Source of the DNA: Candidatus Micrarchaeia archaeon
GTDB taxonomy: Archaea; Micrarchaeota; Micrarchaeia; Micrarchaeales; CABMGC01
Direction of reading: 5' to 3'
NCBI GenBank assembly: GCA_049966915.1
Contig: JBMFTS010000002.1
Span: 1 to 45,542 of the forward strand
DNA: 45,542 nucleotides
The notes under the pieces were generated by a model, which was given only the letters and a program-made list of their open reading frames with translations, ran no database searches and had not been told where the DNA came from. Positions within the stretch are counted from its first letter, which is position 1. Every line of letters starts with the position of its first letter. Both the position numbers and the translations under genes were made by a program. Positions 15,810 through 23,218 of the stretch are shown piece by piece.

Positions 15810-18482
15810 ATGGCAGAGAATAACGAAATGAGCAAGGATAAGTTGCGCGAAGAATTCGGCAAGAATTACGAGAAGCATTACAAAGTCAAGCTGTTCGAAG
15901 AAGAAGGCTTTGAAAGGAAGAAATGCGCAATCTGTGGCAGGTATTTCTGGACCGCGGATCCCGAAAGGACCGTTTGCGAAGACTCTGCGCACACGCCTTA
16001 TGGCTTTTTCAAGGATAAACCAGAAAAGATTTCTTACGAGGAGTTTTGGGACAGGTTTAGCGGCTTTTTTAAGTCAAACGGCCACGCCATAATAAAGCGC
16101 TACCCGGTAGTAAGCAGGTGGAGGCAGGACCTTTATTTCACCATTGCGGGCATACAAGATTTTCAGCGCATAGAAAACGGCGTAATGGGGTTCGAATATC
16201 CTGCGAATCCGCTGCTTGTGCCGCAGATGTGCCTGCGCTTCAACGACATAGAAAACGTGGGCATCACCGGCCGGCATTTTACGTCTTTTATGATGGCCAA
16301 CCAGACCGCTTTCAACTGGCCAAAAGAAGGCTATTGGAAGGACGAGACCATAGCGCTCAATTTCGGCTTGCTTACTAAAGTGCTTGGGCTTAAAAAGGAA
16401 GACATAGTTTACCACGAAGACGTTTGGGCCATGCCAGATTTTTCGGAATTCGGCCCTAGCCTTGAGACATTTTCGAAAGGCCTTGAAATCGTAAACAGCG
16501 TATTCACAGAATTCGAATACGCGAACGGCCAAGTGCGTGACCTCAAAAACAAGGTGATAGATGTCGGCTGGGGTTTTGAGAGGGCTTTGTGGTTTTATAC
16601 AGGTTACGACAATGCTTATGAAGCCGCATTCCACAGCGTAGTGGAGCGCATAGGCAGGGAAAGCGGAATAAGCATAGACACAAAACTTTACCGCAAATTT
16701 GCGGAGCTTGCAGGTTCGCTTGACATAACCGAAATGCAAAACATAGGCGGCAAGATAGAAGCAATACTGGCCAGGGCTGGCATTTCAAAAGAGCAGTACG
16801 AGCGCGAGATAAAGCCGGTGCAGGGAATTTACGCGATAGTAGACCATGTCAGGACTTTGCTTTTTGCGGTAACAGACGGCGCGCTTCCATCAAATATCGG
16901 CGGTGGCTACAACCTTCGCGTAATATTACGCAGGGCTTTCGAGTTCGAAAAGGCCTATGGGATAAAGATGGGCCTAGCCGATATCGCAAAAATGATTGCA
17001 GGCGAGCTAAAGGGCATTTACCCCGAGCTTTCAGAAGGCATAGACACGTTCGGCAAGGTAGTGCAGGTAGAGAGTGGCCGCTATGCAAAGACAATGGAGA
17101 ACGCCGCAAAGATTGCGGCTTCGGTGCTCAGCAAGGAAAAGGAAATAAGCAAGGCCGAGCTGAGAAAGCTGTACGAGAGCAACGGCATTACGCCGGAGAT
17201 GCTCGAGCAGGTGGCGCTTTCGAAAGGCATGAGCATAAAACTTCCTGAAAACGCATACTCCAGCATACTTGTCGGGGACATGGTGAAAAAGGAAAAGGCG
17301 GCTAAAATAGAGATGGGCGGCGCCGAACACGAGCTTGGTTCGCTTCCCAAGACGAAACAGCTTTTTTATGATTTTGTTACTAGGTCGAATTCAAAAGTAG
17401 TTTACGCCAAAGGCGCGTATGTTGTTCTAGACTCCACTCCTTTCTATCCGGAAGGCGGCGGTCAAGCTCCCGACTTGGGCACCATAGGCGGCGCGAGAGT
17501 AGTCGATGTGCAGAAGGTCGGGGACGTAATAGTGCACGTGCTTGGCGAGCCCAAGCGCCTTGGAGTTGGAGAAACAGTTAGCGCAGAAGTGGATGAAGAT
17601 AGAAGAAACAGGCTGATAGCACATCATACGGCCACGCATTTGATAAGCGCTGCTGCAAGGAAAGTCCTAGGAAAGCACGCATGGCAGGAAGGCGCCAAGA
17701 AAGAACCGGATAAGGCGCACATAGACATAGCGCACTATGAAAGGCTAAGCGACAAGGAGCTCGATGCAATAGAAAACCAGGTAAACGCATGGCTTCTAGC
17801 AGGCATAAAAGTGGAAGCCAATGTAATGGGCCGCGGCGAAGCGGAAAGCAAGTACGGCTTTTCCATATACCAGGGCCATGGCGTCCCAGCAAAGGAGATG
17901 CGCATAATAACTATAAAATCAAAAGACGGCAACCTCATAGACGCCGAAGCCTGCGGCGGCTTGCACGCTGTAGGCCGCGAGTACCTCATAGGCCTAGTTA
18001 AAATTATAAGCAGTTCGCGCATACACGACGGAGTAGACAGGATAGAATTTGTCGCCGGCAAGTCAGCTGCCGAATATTTCCAGAAAGAGCACAGGGCAAT
18101 TGCCAGCATGTCGAGCAAGCTCAATGCAGATTTCTACGGGGCGGAGAAAAAGCTAGACGAGCTGCTCGAGTCAAACGCCAGGAACGCGAAAGCATACGAG
18201 AAGGGCGTGGAAGCTCTTGCGCGCGCGGTCGCATCTGCTTACAACGGCCAAAGCGAGCTGGTGCTTTCCATAGACCTGCCTGCCGAAATTCTTGTAAAGG
18301 TCGCAAACGAGATTGCAAAGGGCAACAGCAAGTCGGTCGTGCTGCTAGAGAACAAGGAAGGCAATGTCGTGTGCATAGCAGGCAAAGATTCCGGCAAGAG
18401 CGCGCTGGAGTTTGTGAAGGGCAAGGTTCCGGGCTTCAGTGGAGGCGGCAGCGACAAGTTTGCGCAGGGAAAGAAAAAATAA
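15810..18482 (+). CDS. alaS: Alanine--tRNA ligase, archaeal type
   Basis: About 890 aa. N-terminal CAICGRYFWT Zn motif. Editing-domain HHTATHL and CGGLHA motifs. ATG 15810 is preferred over the in-frame GTG 15801 that overlaps the Cas4-like stop. Confidence 0.93.
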   Translation: MAENNEMSKDKLREEFGKNYEKHYKVKLFEEEGFERKKCAICGRYFWTADPERTVCEDSAHTPYGFFKDKPEKISYEEFWDRFSGFFKSNGHAIIKRYPVVSRWRQDLYFTIAGIQDFQRIENGVMGFEYPANPLLVPQMCLRFNDIENVGITGRHFTSFMMANQTAFNWPKEGYWKDETIALNFGLLTKVLGLKKEDIVYHEDVWAMPDFSEFGPSLETFSKGLEIVNSVFTEFEYANGQVRDLKNKVIDVGWGFERALWFYTGYDNAYEAAFHSVVERIGRESGISIDTKLYRKFAELAGSLDITEMQNIGGKIEAILARAGISKEQYEREIKPVQGIYAIVDHVRTLLFAVTDGALPSNIGGGYNLRVILRRAFEFEKAYGIKMGLADIAKMIAGELKGIYPELSEGIDTFGKVVQVESGRYAKTMENAAKIAASVLSKEKEISKAELRKLYESNGITPEMLEQVALSKGMSIKLPENAYSSILVGDMVKKEKAAKIEMGGAEHELGSLPKTKQLFYDFVTRSNSKVVYAKGAYVVLDSTPFYPEGGGQAPDLGTIGGARVVDVQKVGDVIVHVLGEPKRLGVGETVSAEVDEDRRNRLIAHHTATHLISAAARKVLGKHAWQEGAKKEPDKAHIDIAHYERLSDKELDAIENQVNAWLLAGIKVEANVMGRGEAESKYGFSIYQGHGVPAKEMRIITIKSKDGNLIDAEACGGLHAVGREYLIGLVKIISSSRIHDGVDRIEFVAGKSAAEYFQKEHRAIASMSSKLNADFYGAEKKLDELLESNARNAKAYEKGVEALARAVASAYNGQSELVLSIDLPAEILVKVANEIAKGNSKSVVLLENKEGNVVCIAGKDSGKSALEFVKGKVPGFSGGGSDKFAQGKKK

Positions 18483-18494
18483 GCTTGTGAGTCG

Positions 18495-18998
18495 ATGATC
18501 GCGCAGGCTATTTACTCGTTTATTTTGTATCCCATAATTTTCATACTGCCGGCATATGTTGCCAACGGCGCTCCTGTTGTTTTCGGTTCTGGCAAGCCTC
18601 TTGATTTCGGGAAAAGCATAAAGGGCAAGAGGATTTTCGGTGACCACAAAACGATAAGAGGCCTAGTCGCGGGTCTGTTGAGCGGTTTTGTCGTGGCTGC
18701 TGTGGAGTCTGCATTTTTGCCTTTCATGCTTGTAACAGGCATTTTGCTCGCTTTTGGCACGCATGTCGGAGACCTTCTTGGTAGCTTTATAAAAAGGCGC
18801 ATGGGCGTAAAGGCAGGAGCGAGCGTGCCGCTGATGGATCAATACCTGTTTTTCTTAGTTGCGCTTTTGTTTGCCTTGCCCGCTGGCCACTTGCCTGGAG
18901 CAATAGGCCTGCTATTCTTGGTGCTGCTTACGGGCTTGCTTCATTTATACACCAATAGGGTTGCATATTTGCTCAAGCTGAAAAAGGTGCCTTGGTAA
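18495..18998 (+). CDS. carS: CDP-archaeol synthase (DUF46 family)
   Basis: 167-aa, 5-TM protein with PAYVANGAPVVFG...PLDFGK...GKRIFGDHKTIRG...GDLLGSFIKRR, which matches the CarS signature as I recall it. Confidence 0.8.
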   Translation: MIAQAIYSFILYPIIFILPAYVANGAPVVFGSGKPLDFGKSIKGKRIFGDHKTIRGLVAGLLSGFVVAAVESAFLPFMLVTGILLAFGTHVGDLLGSFIKRRMGVKAGASVPLMDQYLFFLVALLFALPAGHLPGAIGLLFLVLLTGLLHLYTNRVAYLLKLKKVPW

Positions 18999-19069
18999 CG
19001 CTCCTTGCTCTGGTTTTGTTTGCATAGCTTGGCCTTGCGTGGTTTGGCCAATGGACTAGGCTCAATGGA

Positions 19070-21409
19070 CTAGACTATAAGTCCGCTCAAGTCTTCTATG
19101 CTGACAAGCTTTACGTGGCCGTATTGTATTGCCACTTTTAACACCTCAGCGGTTTCTGTGAACGCGCTGTAAAGCTTTTTAGAAAATTCCGAGAGCGCTT
19201 CGTTGCTGACAAATACTATGAATATGTTGTCGTTTGCGTCTATTTCGAACCGCCTCATACCACTTTTCCTGGAGTAGATTATCACCTTTGCCTGCCTGCC
19301 TTTTTTCGTTATGAGCATGTCTGCACTAGGTTCTGCGTTGAGCTCCGTGAAGAGCACAGCGTGTTCCACGCAGTAGTCCCTGAGAGCCCTAAACACCACA
19401 AGGTATTCTATGTCGTGTTTGGAAATCGAAATCCATTGGGCGAGCGCGTAATAGCCCGATTCTTCGATTATTGCGCCTGACTTGGTCAATGTGTCAAGAA
19501 TAAGTTGCGCATTCTGCGTTGTAATTGATACTGGCACGTTGTTGTAGCGTATGTAGCTTGCTATGCCGTTCTTGAATTCTTCGAGCGTGAGTGGCATGAA
19601 ATTCCAGTGATAATAATAGTTGACTTTTTCAAAAACCCCGAGCATGTCTTCCGGCTTTGTTTTTATCACTTCCCTTTTTTCAGGGAGAAACGTGGGCACG
19701 TCTATATAATATTCGTCGCGGTTTGGAGGTTTTAGAACAAGGTTGAGGAGCAATACCGCAAGCAGCACTACGCCGACTTCTATGTAAAACGCGGGTATGT
19801 GCATTATTTCCTTTGAATAAGTAGTGGTGTAGTTTATTCTCTGACCGAATACGTCTATGCTGAACTGCTGCTTGCCATAGCTTATTATGGTGCCCTTCGG
19901 CAAATCATACTCCATTACGCCTGAAGAAATAGGCACTATCTCGCCGTATGCTTTGTCAAAACTTACCTGCGCCTTTGCGCTTACCGGAAACGTGCCGCTA
20001 TAAACGTCAAATTCGAATGTGCCGTTCTTGAAATTCAAATTCACCGGTGTTATGTTGAGTGTTGGCACTGAGAATAGGGCAGCCGTGTAGTTTTCGTTAT
20101 ACTGGTTTCTTAAAATCGCAATATAAGTGCCGGTCGGCAGCGAAAAGCTGTGTGTGAGCACTATTTGTACGCTGCCTAAAAACGTGTGGAGAATACTTAC
20201 GGAAGTGACATAGCTCATGTTTGTGTCTAATATGTCTATGTGAAGCTGTGATTGCGTGCTGACGCTGCTGTTTATGCCAATGGAAACGTTTTGCGTATCG
20301 CTTATTACGCTTGGCATCGACATTGTGCCATGCAGCACGTACTTTGATCTGAAAGGCGCAAGCACGTATTCGAAAGCCGAGGCGTTGCCAACGCCAAGCC
20401 TCAGCAGCGAGTATGTGCTGTTCAGTGCGGAAATCTCAGCAGTATTATTGGGCATGGGGATGCGCTGCAGGTTCGTGTATATGCCTATTGCGCCAGTGCC
20501 GTTTGACACGTTTTCTATGCCATATGCAAGCCTGTCAAGCCAGAAATCGGCGCTTATGCTAGAAGCCAAGCTGTACGCCTGCACGCTTGCGTTGGGCCAG
20601 GCAACATTGGGATAGTTTGAAAATGCTATAATGGTGCCATTGTGCACGTTAATGTATGAAATGCCGCCATACCGGTTGCCTGCACTAAAAAAGAACGTGG
20701 GCTGTTTGAAGGAAGAATTGAGCTTTGCTTCCTCGCTTGCATTCATCACCGAATACGCAGGCATTGTCGATATGCCATATGCCGCAAGTTCCGATGTGAC
20801 ATTTTGCGGAGTGACAAATATTACGCCGCTTGTGCCTATCGCTTTGCTGAAGTTGCGGCCTACGTATATCACGGTGTCGCCGTTGTCAAGCAGCTTGAAA
20901 ATGCTTATTGACTGGTTCTCAAGCAGCGGCAAGGGCATAAGACCAGAAGCTATTATCACTATGGAGTTGTTTATGTGTTGCAGGTCCTGCATTGGCACGT
21001 ATGAAAAGCTTGAAGAGTTGATCAAAAGGCCGAACGCGCTGAGTTCCCTGCTTAGGTTTTCATAAACCGCAAGCCCGTCGAACGCGTCTATGGAATACCT
21101 GCTCGTGTTTACCAAATAGATGCGTTTTATGGGATTTTGGGCATAAACCGCAAGCGATATGTTGGCCGTCGTCACGTTTATTGCAGAGTAGTTTGCAAGG
21201 GCGTAGTCCACCAATTGCATGCCGTTTTCATAATCGAAAAAAGAGCTCTCGACCTCGCTTATCGCTGCGCGCATGGGCGCCTGCTTTATCGCAGGCGCGG
21301 CCTGTATTTTTTTGAGCGCAGCCGCGGACATGCTTGCTATCGCAAAAACAAGCAGCAGAACGACAACTACCAGTGCGGCCCCTATTATTATGAATTTTTT
21401 GCCTCGCAT
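19070..21409 (-). CDS. Bitopic surface glycoprotein: signal/anchor, ectodomain of about 520 aa, TM helix, cytoplasmic domain of about 220 aa
   Basis: N-terminal helix FIIIGAALVVVVLLLVFAIA. I counted about 26 N-x-S/T sequons in the ectodomain. Second TM is FYIEVGVVLLAVLLLNLVL (about 19733-19800). The cytoplasmic tail (19073-19732) includes a winged-helix-like stretch, LILDTLTKSGAIIEESGYYAL. Confidence 0.75.
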   Translation of the reverse strand: MRGKKFIIIGAALVVVVLLLVFAIASMSAAALKKIQAAPAIKQAPMRAAISEVESSFFDYENGMQLVDYALANYSAINVTTANISLAVYAQNPIKRIYLVNTSRYSIDAFDGLAVYENLSRELSAFGLLINSSSFSYVPMQDLQHINNSIVIIASGLMPLPLLENQSISIFKLLDNGDTVIYVGRNFSKAIGTSGVIFVTPQNVTSELAAYGISTMPAYSVMNASEEAKLNSSFKQPTFFFSAGNRYGGISYINVHNGTIIAFSNYPNVAWPNASVQAYSLASSISADFWLDRLAYGIENVSNGTGAIGIYTNLQRIPMPNNTAEISALNSTYSLLRLGVGNASAFEYVLAPFRSKYVLHGTMSMPSVISDTQNVSIGINSSVSTQSQLHIDILDTNMSYVTSVSILHTFLGSVQIVLTHSFSLPTGTYIAILRNQYNENYTAALFSVPTLNITPVNLNFKNGTFEFDVYSGTFPVSAKAQVSFDKAYGEIVPISSGVMEYDLPKGTIISYGKQQFSIDVFGQRINYTTTYSKEIMHIPAFYIEVGVVLLAVLLLNLVLKPPNRDEYYIDVPTFLPEKREVIKTKPEDMLGVFEKVNYYYHWNFMPLTLEEFKNGIASYIRYNNVPVSITTQNAQLILDTLTKSGAIIEESGYYALAQWISISKHDIEYLVVFRALRDYCVEHAVLFTELNAEPSADMLITKKGRQAKVIIYSRKSGMRRFEIDANDNIFIVFVSNEALSEFSKKLYSAFTETAEVLKVAIQYGHVKLVSIEDLSGLIV

Positions 21410-21410
21410 A

Positions 21411-21566
21411 CTACAAACTACCCGCTTCCCCTTTTTTGGCCACTAGCCTGTTGACTAAATTTTCAAACGCCTTGGAAAGTTTGTTCTCGCTTCCGCCAAT
21501 GCGCTTGACAATCCTGTAAACCTTTATGTAGCTGTATTTTTTGTTTATTGTAACCGCGTATATCAT
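21411..21566 (-). CDS. Candidate 51-aa basic protein (below the ORF-track size cut-off)
   Basis: Manual translation: MIYAVTINKKYSYIKVYRIVKRIGGSENKLSKAFENLVNRLVAKKGEAGSL. Its TAG stop is 1 nt from the ATG of the 779-aa gene (TAGTATG). It fills an otherwise empty 169-nt gap. Confidence 0.4.
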   Translation of the reverse strand: MIYAVTINKKYSYIKVYRIVKRIGGSENKLSKAFENLVNRLVAKKGEAGSL

Positions 21567-21578
21567 TCAACCGCCTGA

Positions 21579-22310
21579 CTATCCTTTTAGTTCCAGGTAG
21601 CCTAGGCTTACCATCTTGTCAAGTATCTGCTCCACCCTGGGCTCGGGTATCTTGTACGTTTTTGAAAATTCTCCTATGTCTATCGTGCTGTCGTGCACTT
21701 CAAGCCAATCCTGCACCATCGCCATTAGCGCTTCGTCCGAATATGTTTGCAGGGCGTTGAGCTGTTCCTGCAGTTTCTTGTTTTCCTCGCTCAGTTGCGA
21801 AGCCTGTATGGTCAGGTTGTGGTTCGATACTGTGAGCTCGCTCGCAAGTTTTCTCAGTTCGGCGTATTCCGCCAATAACGCGTCGTACTTGTTGAAAAGC
21901 GAACTGTAGTTTTCGTTGAGCCCGTCGAGCAATTCCGTTATTGACGAATCCACATATTGGAAGAACTTCTGCTGGTCCACCCTGAAATCGTCGGCTATCA
22001 CGGCAAGCATTCCTGCCACATTTTTGATTACAGTAGCACGGCGCATCCTCTCGCTAGTATTCGGCACTATCGAATAGGTGAGAAATACGCCGTCTTTTCT
22101 CAGCTTGACAATGTAAAACAGAAAAGGCTCCTTCCTAACATTCCTGCTTTCTACGTGCACTACATCTAGTTCGTCTGCGCTCTGGGTTATGGAATAGAAC
22201 GGGATCTGTGCGAGTTTTGCGCGTATAGCGTCAAAGCTGCTTACCACTGACCCCGGAAATTGCACCTCTTCGACTTTCGGTTCAGGTATTTCTTCTTCGG
22301 CCACTCTCAA
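21579..22310 (-). CDS. Cytoplasmic coiled-coil protein with a C-terminal winged-helix-like domain
   Basis: TTG start preceded by GGAGG. The central heptad-rich segment is NKYDALLAEYAELRKLASELTVSNHNLTIQASQLSEENKKLQEQLNALQ. C-terminus is IGEFSKTYKIPEPRVEQILDKMVSLGYLE. Confidence 0.65.
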   Translation of the reverse strand: MRVAEEEIPEPKVEEVQFPGSVVSSFDAIRAKLAQIPFYSITQSADELDVVHVESRNVRKEPFLFYIVKLRKDGVFLTYSIVPNTSERMRRATVIKNVAGMLAVIADDFRVDQQKFFQYVDSSITELLDGLNENYSSLFNKYDALLAEYAELRKLASELTVSNHNLTIQASQLSEENKKLQEQLNALQTYSDEALMAMVQDWLEVHDSTIDIGEFSKTYKIPEPRVEQILDKMVSLGYLELKG

Positions 22311-22504
22311 GCATCCTCCGGACGTGCATTCGCAGCAATGCGAGCACGTAGTTTATGACATTAGGGGCTTACGCACTTATAAATCTTTTTGCGTATCTGC
22401 AGCGTTAAAGACGGCAAGTCTGTTTATTGCAATAAAGTCGTTTCCGTGCGTGTGCGCCGAAGTGCTTGCATGCAAGCGCGTTGCACTGTCGCGGCTGCGC
22501 GCAA

Positions 22505-22897
22505 TCAGCGTTTGCCAGTGTGCCTACTTTGCGCCGTTGCCGCGTTTTCCTGTTTGGGCATCTTAAGCTTGGGCGTGTAACTGAGCAACGAAAACGCGTA
22601 AAGCAGCGCAGTTACGAGTATGCCTACTCCGAGCGCGTAAAGCTTGTCCGATGCCACGAACAGCGAGAACAGCGTGAAAATAATACCCAGTGCAAGGTAG
22701 AGTTTTTCCCTGCCTTCATATTTTTTGCGCATAATTGCGTATTTCGGGTAGCACTCTTTGCAAACGACCAATCTGTTTCCTTGTTCGTTCTTTGTAACGT
22801 TCCTTTTGAACCATCTTATTGTGTTTATGACCCAGTCCTGCTCTACTTCTATACCCTGCTTTTCCTCGCCGCAGACTATGCAAATGCTCTTTGCCAT
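22505..22897 (-). CDS. Zn-ribbon protein with a C-terminal 2-TM hairpin
   Basis: CIVCGEEK...VCKECYPKY (CxxC...CxxC), followed by LYLALGIIFTLFSLFVA and ALGVGILVTALLYAFSLL. The ATG shares one nucleotide with the upstream TAA (TAATG). Confidence 0.65.
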   Translation of the reverse strand: MAKSICIVCGEEKQGIEVEQDWVINTIRWFKRNVTKNEQGNRLVVCKECYPKYAIMRKKYEGREKLYLALGIIFTLFSLFVASDKLYALGVGILVTALLYAFSLLSYTPKLKMPKQENAATAQSRHTGKR

Positions 22898-23196
22898 TAT
22901 GATCCCAGCTCAAGCTCTACGAGCTTTCCGTATTCTTTCTTTATCTTTTCTTCGTCGAGCATGTTCATGACGTTGGTTATTGTCACGTCGTCTATTCCCA
23001 AGCGTCTTAGCACGTTCACTACTTGCTCGGTCTTCAGCCCGGATTTTTCTAGAAGCCCGGCAAATGACACTGCGTTTACGTGCCTGTGCTGCTTGTTGAG
23101 CTCGCCGAGCAGTTCCTGCACTGTTTTTTCGCTCACTCCTATGAGCGTAAGCATGCGCTGGAGCTTCTGTCGCGACACAGTGAATGTGGCTCCCAT
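22897..23196 (-). CDS. Small soluble protein, a paralog of the C-terminal tail of the adjacent ATPase
   Basis: Start taken at Met14 (MGATFTVSRQ...), which removes the overlap with the ATPase gene. The segments MLTLIGVSEKTVQELLGELNKQH and LLEKSGLKTEQVVNVLRRLGIDDVTITNV align with ATPase residues about 435-498. Confidence 0.6.
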   Translation of the reverse strand: MGATFTVSRQKLQRMLTLIGVSEKTVQELLGELNKQHRHVNAVSFAGLLEKSGLKTEQVVNVLRRLGIDDVTITNVMNMLDEEKIKKEYGKLVELELGS

Positions 23197-23218
23197 ATTG
23201 TTTACCTTGTTTGCATTG

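Noticed and set aside
16074-16739. 221-aa minus-strand ORF.
   Set aside because: It is antisense to alaS and shows no motifs.
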